64,000 bases of DNA, taken from assembly GCA_043228905.1 (NCBI GenBank), contig JBHGNT010000001.1:8990001-9054000 (forward strand), written 5' to 3'. Made by a program: the position numbers and the translations under genes. The stretch is from Azolla caroliniana (taxonomy: Eukaryota; Plantae; Polypodiophyta). The notes beneath the pieces were generated by a model. It was not told the origin of the DNA and made no database searches. It worked only from the letters and a program-made list of their open reading frames with translations. This document shows positions 43,301 through 55,300 of the stretch, piece by piece (position 1 is the first letter of the stretch; each line of letters opens with the position of its first letter).

Positions 43301-46300
43301 AGATTGGTCCTCTGAATGGTTCAAGCTCAGCAGCTTCACTGAATAGAATGGATGAATCAAGAGCATCAAAGATGACAGGCAGCCAAGTTAAGTTCCTTCA
43401 AGAGCGCGAGAGAGGTGCTGGGATTGGATATCGAGTGGTTCCATTCTGCACGTTGAAGAGCGGACAACGTCATCGTTGGAAGTCTTTAATGGAAGGTGAA
43501 TATAGTGCCATCTTAAAATGCATTTCTAATTGCTGTTAGTGCAATGTTAAGTTCCCTTCTGTTTGTGCCAGGATGGTATTCTCTTGAGAGACAGTTTACA
43601 GGATGTGGGGTTTACTTACAAAGAAAGGCTTTTTCTACTTGGCAACCGTGCTGGAGTGCATATACCTCCAGTGTTGCTGTTGCTGCTCCACTTGGCATGG
43701 CAGATGTAAGCAAATAGGTGAATTTAGCGGCTAGTATTGTTTTAGTAGTAACTCTCCATACTAAGAACTAAAATTATTTATGATGACTTTTTGTTCTTAA
43801 CAAGAAAAGTTCTAGTATAATTTTGTCGTAAGAGTATATAGCTAAGCAAATCTTTACAAATAATTCTACTTCTCCTGAGAATCTACCTTCGCATATCTCA
43901 ATCCCATTGGGGGAAATAGCATAGGCTCATCATGTATTGTGACTGTTACCAGTCGACACTACTTTTTCCCTTGTGTCAATCTAGTTACATCAAACGCATT
44001 TTTGTGAAATATGAAATCAGCGTTAGAATTTCTGTTTAGAAACATATAGCATCAACTGTTTATTTGCTTGTCTTAATCTAGTTACACTAAAATCATTTTT
44101 AATGAAATATGAAAATCAGCTTTAGAATTCTGTTCAGAGAGAAGTGAACACTCCCTGTAAACACACCATTTATTCCCTCGTCTCAATGTAGCTACATTGA
44201 ACATATTTTTATAAAATATAGAGCTAGCTTTGGAATTTCTGCTCAGAGATAAGCCAATGGATTATGTAGCTGAAATAATTTTCATGACATTGAGAAAGTC
44301 CTATAATGTGTTGGGTTTTCCTGCGTTCGTGCAAAAAGATGATACATGTACTGAATTTGGGAATGCTATATAATAAATGTTATGTGCATAAAAAATCAAC
44401 ATATTGACTTTTGTTATTATGTGATTGCTGATATAATAAGGCCATCATCTATCTTTATAGTTGTGCTACTTGTTGTGTGTCCATGCAAAGCTATTTCTTG
44501 AAACTGTGCTCTTCTTCTAGTTGCATATCTCACAATTCATTTCTGATTGCAGCAAGGTGTACAGAAGGTGCTGGATGTGAGATTTCATCCCAAAAATCTA
44601 CCTCAACTTGTTTGCAGCTCCAATGCTGTAATATCTCTTTTGATCATATATTTGTGCATAATATCTCTACATTACACAATTGCACATATACACGTTGCAT
44701 ACAGTAATTATAGACTCCCACACTATAATGTTAAGATCCATGTGAGCACAATTTTTAAGGTAAAAGAATAGTAGACAATGCTCAATGAATCTCCTGGAGT
44801 AAGATTTCTTCATGTGTTGCATAGACAGATTTCTTCATGTATCAGTATCTCCCCTTTTCAAGGGGTTCCTGAGTTCTTTCTAGGTTCTAGTCATAGTTGT
44901 AAAAATTTAGAACTCAGGTAATATAATAATAATCAAGGGTTTGAGTAGGAATTTTTGGAATTGTCATCTGGTACAAAGATGAATGTTAGAGTAAGAATGT
45001 CTGTAGTATGATGTATTGTGAATCCACTGCAAATGATGTCTTTTGCATTTCTGTTCTGTAAATGACAAGAGTTTATCCTGTTTTTTTGGTAATGCATGAA
45101 ACAAGTCTTGGGTAGTAATCTTGTATATTATAGAAATTTCTCAGTATACATGATTTATATGCTCCAGTTATCTATCTTTGGCCACATTCTGGGCAAAAAT
45201 GAGCACTTCAATTTTTTGTTACTGCTGGATCTTCATTCAGATTTGTCTGATTCGGGATTTTATATTTTGAGGTTGACCATGGGTGGTATCATTAGATTCC
45301 CTGGGGTTTGGATATATCCATGTAACAATCACCATTGCTCAAATCATAGTATCCTCTCATACTGTGGAGATTGAATAGGGAGGATGATTTGATGGCCATA
45401 TAGAACGTGATATAGACTCCATAATATGCTCAATGCCTGTTTTACCAGAGAGTGGGGTTCTCCACCAGTCCTCTGAATGATAGATCATCTGGATCAGAGG
45501 TATCTTTGATACTTTCTTATTGATCAAAACCAAATCCGATAGATCCATTGGTGCCAGCCTCTAGAGCTACTGAGCTTGTTTAGATTCACCAGAGTAGCAA
45601 ATCGTCTCCATTCTTCTGAGTTGCTTTTTAATAAGAAGTTACATTGATTTTGGGTTTATCCAGAAACTCCTAGATGGAAACCTTCTTGATGCTAGTAAGA
45701 CAAGGTTACATAGGCTTAGCAGAGCTTTGGAGGACAGGCCTCAGATAAGACGACAAAGTAGTATGATTTGCATTTTCAAAGACTCCATTGCTCTTTCCTC
45801 CATGTAATATATAGTCCACTATCCATCCATTCCATAGTCAAGGTATTTGAATGTTTGAGATCTGTACAAGTGAAGCTAATGTATATTCTTGATTTATGTT
45901 CTGAGTTCTGCAGGCACCAAATGAGTTGCTGCTATATGATCTATTAACTGGAAAACCAACAAAGCTTATTGGGCATGATTGCCAGGTCTAATTCTCTTGA
46001 CATGTAGCTTTACACTGAAAGCATTCACAGTTAGGTTAGTGTGTTTACTAGAATATGAGGTGATAGTGCCAAGCAGTCTGTCAATTCTGAATGGCTTCTT
46101 TTGGTTGATGTTTGTTTTGAGGTGTTGTAGATCCAGGCAATTGAGTTTGCGGTAGAAGGAGAACGCATTGTTTCTTGTGGAAGCAATCTTGTCAAGGTCA
46201 GAGTTATATTGGTTGACTTTGCTTGAACAGTTAAACAGTGTTTAGGGTTACTCAATGTTAGATGACTTTGCTTGAAATACATATGTATATGCCTTCTCTG

Positions 46301-49300
46301 ATGTTACCATCCAATGAGTTCATGCAGTATATTATACTTCAATTTTGAACCTTGCATTTCATTCCTTCGTGACATTCTCAAGTTTGATGCAACTTACAAT
46401 AACAGGACTTACAATCTGAAATCTGAAGCTTTACTGTTTCATGGAATGTTGCTTCAATTAGATTTGGGATTCAGTGGGCGGGGCATGTTTGCACACATTG
46501 GGGCCAGGATCTTGGGATGAAAATGCAAGTGGTCACAGGAAAAAAATCAATGCGATGGCTGTTAATGGGTGGCAATCTTGTGAGTTATTTCCCCTAATTT
46601 TAACCAAATAGTGAGACGTTTTATGGATTTAAAGATATAAGGACCTGAATGCTTTTGGAACAGATGTAGTGGCTACTAGTGGTGGCCAAGGAGATAATCA
46701 AGTATTACTTTGGAATGTTAGCAGCGGAGAAATGTCTTGTGACCTAAATAGAGAATTGAGGTAAAGATGTTTCTTTTCCATCCGCAATGCCTGAAATTTG
46801 GAATCACAAATTAGATCCTAACCAATTTCCTCTCCACTTTATAGAAACCAAACAGTAGGATTGCCTTGCATGGATGCATTGGAGTTCTGTAATCAAAATC
46901 TACTTATTTGTGGGAGTGACTCTTTAGGAGGTGCTGCCATTGTGCAGATTTGGGACATTCAAGCTCCTGAGATTGTTGCATCTTTTCCAGCAAATGACTC
47001 TGTATGTATCTAATACCTCGTGTTATAGTTTAGAACTTGGAACGTACCAACAAAACATAAAATAACACTGTTTTTGGATATTCCATAGTACATAACCTCA
47101 TTGAAGACTGACCCAAATGGGATGACAATTGCTACAGGTACCGTAATAACTTATTGACCATTTTTAGCTCTTAATATGGGCATTATCTAATGGTTCCATC
47201 TCATGTAGGTGCTGGTGATGGTTCTGTTGGGCTCTTTGATGTCAGGTCTTGTGGAGCTATTACAAGGTTACCAGTGGGATCAAATTCTGAGGTGAAGATC
47301 AGAAATTGCGTGATTAAAGGGGTCACATAAATGTCATTTTTAATTACCGTGGTTTAATAAAAATGACTGTAGGTCACATCCGTCTCTTTTAGTTCATGTG
47401 GCATATTTCTTCAAGCTTCAAGCACTGCAAATACAACCATTGTCTGGGATACACGGATGCTGTCGATGAAGCCTGGGATAAAGCCTGTTGATGCACCTAT
47501 TCGTTTGGCTAATTATGACTCACGAAAGATTAGAGCTTTGCATTGCCTATGTCATGGTATTCCAATGCCAACATCTCAGAATGCAGGCCAAATGCCTGGG
47601 TAAGAACTGCTTTGAAGGAATTTATTGTATTTATAACGTGTATCTTGTATCTTTGTAATTTCCCTACATATTGAAATTTGTCTTATATGCTTTTTGAACT
47701 GACAACATCAAAATGGCCTGTGAAACCAAAAGCAAGTTTTTCCTTCTCCTTTGTCCTTGATGATTAGAACTGTTAGTAGAATGAGAAGCCAAGGGAAATT
47801 AGTTTATATGATTACAAAATTCTGACCTCTGAGGCTTACAGGGACATACTGATCTCTGATCTCTTGTGTGAAGTCTATTGTGGGCAGCATTCTCCTTTAG
47901 ATTGAAAATATGATATTCTTATCAAGATTGTCGTTTATCAGAGATCGTATCATGCAATGCGCAGCTGTGAATGGAAAGCATGCTTAAACCTCTTACCTCA
48001 GAGATTGTGAATTCCTTTTCCAATTGTCTTCTGTTTACTTCAGGTGGGAAAATCTGCTTTGACACAGGTTACATAGAATCGCAGAAAAGAGAGTGTCATG
48101 TATAGCAACACCATCCATGAAATTATATCCTTGTATCTAGTTGTGTTTAGAACATGTGGTCTGATAATCTAGCTGTGCACTTTGGTAGAAGTCCTACCTA
48201 CTGAATCTAACTACCCAGGATCTCTCTATGTACCTCATTCTCTATTATATACATTAAGAGCGCGCACACGTGAAGGGCCGGTTCATGTGCGCTATTCACC
48301 GATTGCGCCAAGGGACGGTTTTCTTCACGACATCCGCCCCCACCTAACCGCGCATCCACCGGTATGCGCCAAAATTGGGTTCTGGTTGGAGAAAACCGGT
48401 CTGGGTTCTGTTTCTTCGTCCATCGGTTCGCCCTCCGTTTCAGACTGTTTGTCTTCGCTGTCCAGGCCTCTTAGATCCGGTTTGTCGTCGTGGCGTTTCT
48501 TGAACGCTTTGATCCGCTTCCCCACTACCGGCATCGCCATCCTCGTACCGTTGAGTTCCGCTAGGTGATACATCCCGTTGTCGTTGGCGCTCGTTACCAC
48601 GTAAGGCCCGAACCACCGCTTCGCAAACTTCCGTGTTGCTCGGTGCTGGTTGTCGAGGCTGCTGTCGTAGACTAGCACCCAGTCGCCTTCCTCGATTTTC
48701 TTAGGCCGGAGCCGGTGCGTTCGGTCGAACCGGGCTTTGTTCTTCATCCTCGCCGTCCAAAGTCTCTCCGCCGCTCGTTCCACGTCCTTTGGCCTCCGCT
48801 CGAGTTGCCGTATACGTGCCGCTAGCAGTTCTTCCCGGCTCATCTCGTCTCTCCAGTCCACTGTCGCCCAAGAGGAGATCGTCCGTTCCATCGGCATGAT
48901 CGAATTCTCTCCGAACATGAGCTCTGACAGCATGAACCCTGTTATCGAACTGTGTGTTGTCCTGTCTGCCCACAAGGCATAAGGTAACAGCCGTGGCCAG
49001 TTCCCGACCTGGCCTCCGCATGCCCGGACTAGCGCTTTGACGATCGGTCCGTGTCCGCGCTCCACCTTCCCGTTCGCCTCCGGATTGTACGCTGTGGTGA
49101 GCGAGAGCTTGACCCCTAATCGGTCGAACAGCTCCTCGGCCTCTTCGGCGTCCAACTCCCCGCGGTCAGCCACAATCTTCCCGACGCACCCGTACCGGCA
49201 TATCACGTCCTCGATCAGGAATCGACACACGACCGCGGTTGTTTTGTTCTGCAGGGCTCGGCCTTCCACCTGATTCGTTAGGTCCTCCCGGGCCAGCACC

Positions 49301-52300
49301 AGATATCGCATCTGCCCTACGCCCATCGGCATCGTCACCAAATCTACCATCCATTTGAAGTGGATGGCCGGAGGGTAAGTAGGGTGAAGCTCGTCCCGAT
49401 GTCGGACTATGGAGTGCATCTGACAGCTCTCACAAGTTGTCACGAACCGATGCACGTCCCGGTACAGTCCCGGCCACCAGTACTTCCCCTTTAGCTTCTC
49501 GAACGTGGCCCACGTCCCACGGTGCCCAGGCCAGGGGCTGTCGTGGTAGGCCTTCAGCAATTCCTCCTGTTCCTCCTTCATCGCCACTACTCGGAGCGGG
49601 ATGCCGTTCCTCTTCTTCGGGTGCTTCCACAAGTATCTGTCCCGGAGAAAGAATTGGTATGCTTTCTTCCGGATCCGGTTGGCCTCGTCCCTTGTCCACG
49701 ATGCGTCTGGCATCATTGTCCTCAAGAATTCCCCAATCTGCAGCCACTCCTCGTCGTACTTGCTCTCGTTGAAATTGTTAAGCGCCGGAGTGCTTCCCCT
49801 CTCGGTTGTTACGTAAGCCGCCTCGAAGAAGTCTACGCCGACTTCCTCGTCTTCCGAAACCATGCCGCCCTTGTCGTCGAATCGCGCACTCGAAAGCATG
49901 TCGGCCATGGCATTGTCTTTCCCGGAAATGTGTCGTATTTCCGGATCCAGGGACTTGATGTACGCTATCTACCTGAGCATTGCCAGGTCCGGGGTTGCGC
50001 ATCCGGAAACCATGCCGAGAATCGGCAGGCAATCCGTCTCGATAATCACCTCTGTCCCAATCAGATAGTCTTTATCGGCTTTCACCGCCGAAACGATACC
50101 CCAGAGTTCGCGTTTAACCTGGGCGTATCCTCGCTGTCGCTAACTGAGGACCTTCGCGCCGAATCGGATTGGGAACCGAATGCCGTCCTCATCTTCTTGG
50201 TTGACGACCCATCCGATCCCGGTCGGACTCGTATCTACCGTTATGTAAACGGGAGGGCCTTTCTCGTAGACAACCTTCCGGAGTGCCGGGGCTGCAGCAA
50301 GAGCCTCCTTCATCTTTCGCACCGACTCCATATGCTCGTCTCGCCACTCGAATTTTCGCCCCTTTTTCAGCAACCCGTTGTCGCGAAGTTTCGCGCGCGT
50401 GTTACTTGGGCGGGACCACGGGGGTCTCGGACTAGGGAGTACTCAAGGGATAGAGAAGACCCGAGGTTTGCTTTATGACAATACTACTTCCCCACCCCTT
50501 CTCGAGCAAGGTCTCGTTCCCCTTTGTTTTGTGAGGCCGGTGGCTCTCGTTGATCACGACTCGTCGACCTTCCGAGATCACCGTACGAGCCAAGTGACCA
50601 AACGAGTACAAGCAAGATGAGCACGCAACATGAACGCACAAAGGGGACGATAACACAAACACGAATGTCCGTATGGCTTTATGAGGAGGAGAGGTGCATG
50701 GGCGCGCCTGAACGCTCCCTCGTGACAAGACGTCGAACGTACGAGGAAGACACAAAACACACGCACAAAATGCTCGTATGCCTTTATGAGGAGGAGAGGT
50801 GCATGGGCAAGCCCGAACGGTTCCCTCGTCACAAGACGGTCGAACATACAAGGAAGACACAAACACACACACAAATGCTCGTACGCCTTTATGAGGAGGA
50901 GAGGTGCATGGGCAAGCCCGAACGGTCCCCTCGTCACAAGACGGTCGAATGTACAAGGAAGACACAAACACACACACAAATGCTCGTACGCCTTTATGAG
51001 GAGGAGAGGTGCATGGGCAAGCCCGAACGGTTCCCTCGTCACAAGACGGCCGAACGTACAAGGAAGACACAAACACACGCACAAATGCTCGTACGCCTTT
51101 ATGAGGAGGAGAGGTGCATGGGCAAGCCCGAACGGTCCCCTCGTCACAAGACGGTCGAACGTACAAGGAAGACACAAACACACATACAAATGCTCGTACG
51201 CCTTTATGAGGAGGAGAGGTGCATGGGCAAGCCCGAACGGTCCCCTCGTCACAAGACGGCCGAACGTACAAGAAAGACACAAATAAAGAAAGAAGGAGAG
51301 AAAGAAACACGAACGATATTGACCAAAGAGTTAAATACGTGTTCGAATCTAATGTAAGAGGACCCTTTATAAAATAGGGTTTTGTTTACAATGGCAACTT
51401 ATATATAGTTAACCACAAGCTCAATCAAAACATAAATATTAAAATGCCCTTAGAGACAAGGCAAAACCGAACACGGCGAAGACGAACACACGAGCACCAC
51501 CAAAAAGCCAATCCCAACGAACCACGACCACCCGAACGGCGAGCACACGGGCTCGCAACGACGAACGGGGCGGAGCAACGTCGAACCAACGAAGCTTGGG
51601 CTCACGAGCACTTCGAGTGCCGACGCGAATAAGACGAGCACGTGGCGATGGGGGGGGGATGAAGGGGTATGAGATGAAGAAAAGTGGTGAATAAGGAGAT
51701 GAAGAGCTTCGAAGGAAAATTGGCGATAGTCTCCTCCTCCCAAAACGTCCCCCCCAATGAGCCCCCCTCGACCTCCTTTTATAGGAAAAAAAGAAGGGGG
51801 GGGTCGCCAAATTTGTCTTCAATGAAAAAGGAATAAAATTCCTTAAATCACGCTGCATTGTAAGACTAGATTCGAACCGTGCACCTCTAGCTAGTAGTCA
51901 ATGTGACTATCCACTAACCCACTAACTCTTTCTTATATAATATATAATTCTATGTCTATAAATTTATAGCCTGTCTCCCCTCTACCCTTTATCTCACCTC
52001 TCTCTTACTTTTTGCACGAACTTCTATACCTCCCTTTTACCCTTTGTTTTCCTTTTTTATTTTGCATATGCACAATTAATCGCTTTTGTGTGCACACACA
52101 TTGCACATGCACATTTTTGACCCCCTTTTCGCCGGTTTTTCCCACCCTCGAGCACGCCACATCACGACACCGTATAGCGGCTCGGCAACATGGGCGTAAT
52201 GCGGGATCCATATGTGGTAGAACGCGCATGCTCCCAAGAACCTCCGTACCTTCGTGACCGAGTTACAGTCGGGCTTCATTGCGGAGATGGCTTCCACCTT

Positions 52301-55300
52301 TGCCGGGGACGGTTTCCGGCCATACGGTCCGCATAGATGTCCGACGACCATGATCTCTGATTGCCCGAAGGCCGATTTTTCCCCGAAGAAGGTGAGCCTC
52401 GCTTCCTCTAGCCTCTGCAGCACCCTCTCGCAGTCGTCAATGTGTGTCGCCACGAATTTCCGGCATCCGTCCGGTCCGATCGTTTCGTCCTTTTCTTCCA
52501 CCGGACATCCTTTGATCGGGATGTCGTCCAAGAATGGCATGGTGATGTACCTTGAGAAACCGACGCAACCAGGAGTAGTCGCAACTGGAGACGACACTCC
52601 CCATCCGATCGCGAATGTCGGTGATGTTCCCTTGAGCCATGTCGGGCAGAAATGGAAACTTATGAACGTGTTACACGTCCCGACCATCACGAAGAATCTG
52701 GTGTCGGTCGGGCAGATCGTCGACCAGGGGATGCAGGTTCGGTTTACGCATCTTGAGTGCTTCATTGAGGACGAAGGCCGTATTATTGCGCAAGGGCGCA
52801 GAGATGGGAGGATGTTTATCCTCGACTCTACTGACGGTGGCACCGCAATGTTCGCGAAGGGACAAAAAGTCGAGTTGGATATCGACTTATGGCACAAACG
52901 AATAGGTTACGTCAACTACCAGCGGCTTCAAGACTTGCAATCGAAACAAGTGGTGTTTGGATTGCCCAAATTTAGTGGCCGGAAGGCACAAATTTGTGAA
53001 GCCTGCCAGCTTGGGAAGCAACACTGACTTCCTTTCCCAAACGAGCGTAACCGGAGCCGGAACAAGCTAGACTTGATACACTCTGATGTGTGGGGGCCGG
53101 CACAAAACGTTAGTCTTGGCGGGAGCCGATATTTTGTCTCCTTCATCGACGACTACACGCGGCACACGTGGATCTACCTCATTGAGAGGAAAAGCGAAGT
53201 CTTCGACTATTTCCGAGACCTCAAAGGGTTCGTGGAAACGGAAACAGGAAGAAAGATCAAGTGCCTGCGGTCGGTTGGCGGAAAAGAATACTTTTCCGGT
53301 CAATTCAACGGTTATCTACAACAGATGGGAATTCGGCGCGAATTCAGTTGTAGATACACGCCGGAGCAAAACGGCGTGGCCGAGAGAAAAAATCAGTCGG
53401 TTGTGGAAGTTGCACGCGCAATGTTGGAGGAGAAGAGCTTGCCCAAGTTCTATTGGGCCGAGGCGGTAAGAACCGTAGTATACATCCAGAACCGGATCGG
53501 AGAAAAAGTGTCGGCGTACAAGCTATACTTTGGAACAAAGCCGAACTTGCGACACTTATGAGTTTTCGGTAGCATTGCGTATGTACATGTGCCGAAGGAG
53601 AAAAGGAGGAAGTTGGACGCAAAAGCCGAGAAGTGTATCTTGGTCGGCTATTCGGACGAGTAGAAGGGTTATAAGTGCTATAACCCGCGTACCAAACAAC
53701 CGCGCGTGAGCCGCGACGTTGTGTTTGATGAGTCCGCGTCCTGGTACTTGCCTCCGACTCTGGACCTCACCTCCAATCCGAGTTCTGACGATGAGGACAT
53801 CGAGGCCGAGGTGCCTCCGGCTGAGCTTGAAATCGGGACCCCCGAAGAGAGTCCGATTTCGGTTCGGTTAAGTGGACCGAATGGACGATTGAGTCGGTAC
53901 GACCAGTCCGATGAAGAGCCGGCGAGTAGTAGAGACTCGGCCGTGCATTCCCCGCGTAGGAAGTTGAGGAGATGGCTTACGCGCGAAGAGAAAGGGAAGA
54001 AGAAGGTTCGACATCGGCTAATAACCGATTACGCCGATTTACCCGCCAAAAGAACCCAATTCTGTGGTTTGGATACAACGAGTACATGGCGCATCACTAT
54101 GCGTACATGACCCGTGTAGTGGAAGTGCGTGAGCCAGGGAGCTACGCAGAAGCGGCGAAGGACGCGAATTGGCGCGCCGCGATGGAGGAAGAGATGCACG
54201 TATTGGCGGAAAACGAGACCTGGGACCTGGTTGACGCACCGAAGGGTGTGAAGCCGATCGGATGTAGGTGGGTGTACAAGGTCAAGTACAACACCGACGG
54301 CTCAGTCAACCAATACAAGGCCTGGTTAGTGGCAAAAGGCTACGCGCAGAAACACGGCATTGACTACGATGAGACGTTCGCGCCGGTCACAAAGATGACG
54401 ACCGTCCGTGTTTTGTTCGCAGTAGCCGCGGCCAAGGGGTGGCACGTCCATCTGATGGATGTAAAGAATGCATTCCTGCAAGGTGAGCTTGAGGACCAAG
54501 TGTACATGGTACAACCCCCCGGATTTCACTCCGGACCGAACACGTCGGCAGTATGCCGATTGAAGAAGTCCCTTTACGGTGTCGCGTTGCTACGCGCGTG
54601 CGTGGAGAAACGAGGCGGGACCATCGGGGTCTTGAACCGAAGAGCAGGTGATAGAAGGGGAAAGAGAAAGAGAGAGACGCCCGGTCACGTATGAGCAAAG
54701 AAACACAGGGGGCACGGCTTGTCAACACAGAAGATGCGAATGGACACAGAGACAGGGAGACACAAGTGTTTGTATATTAACAAATAACAAGTACACAATA
54801 GAGCACGCGAGTGGTTACGACCGAACAGGCCGGCGAACAGATGCCGATGCCTGTTCGTCTGCGCACGTAAAGGGGATAGGATGGAGGTGCTCCGGCACGG
54901 ATAGGAACGAGTCAGACCGACGCGAGTCCGACTCCGAGGGAAGCGGTGACGGGCCTTCAGGAACGAAGTCCGCGTCGGCCGAGAAGACCGCACCGGTTCC
55001 CGATCCGGTGTCGGTCCTTTGCTCAAATGGGTTCTTGGGCATCGGTCCTCTATATGGCTTCAATCTGAATCCGTTGACCCATTTGCCTAGCACTTCGCCG
55101 GCAAGTGTCCCTAACTGGTAGGACGTGTCAACCAATACGGGCCGGTCCATCTAAACCGTAGTTTACCCGGCATCTTGCCCATCCGGGTCTAAAATACTAA
55201 CACCAGCTTGCCGATTTCGAACATTTTTTCATTTCCTTTCCTGTGCCGGTCGACAAATGCTTTCCGTCGCCGTTGTTCCAATTCTAAGTGTAGGATGCTT

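Noticed and set aside
49437-50478. Plus-strand ORFs of up to 318 aa
   Set aside because: Antisense shadows of the GC-rich Gypsy pol.
50655-51285. CRISPR-like regular array
   Set aside because: Whole 105-bp units repeat with no unique spacers; eukaryotic context with no cas genes.
52076-53027. Long ORFs on both strands (273 aa minus, 257 aa plus) suggesting a novel fusion gene
   Set aside because: Chance read-through across the Gypsy/Copia junction; each ORF is half genuine pol and half antisense, and GC-rich DNA has few stops.
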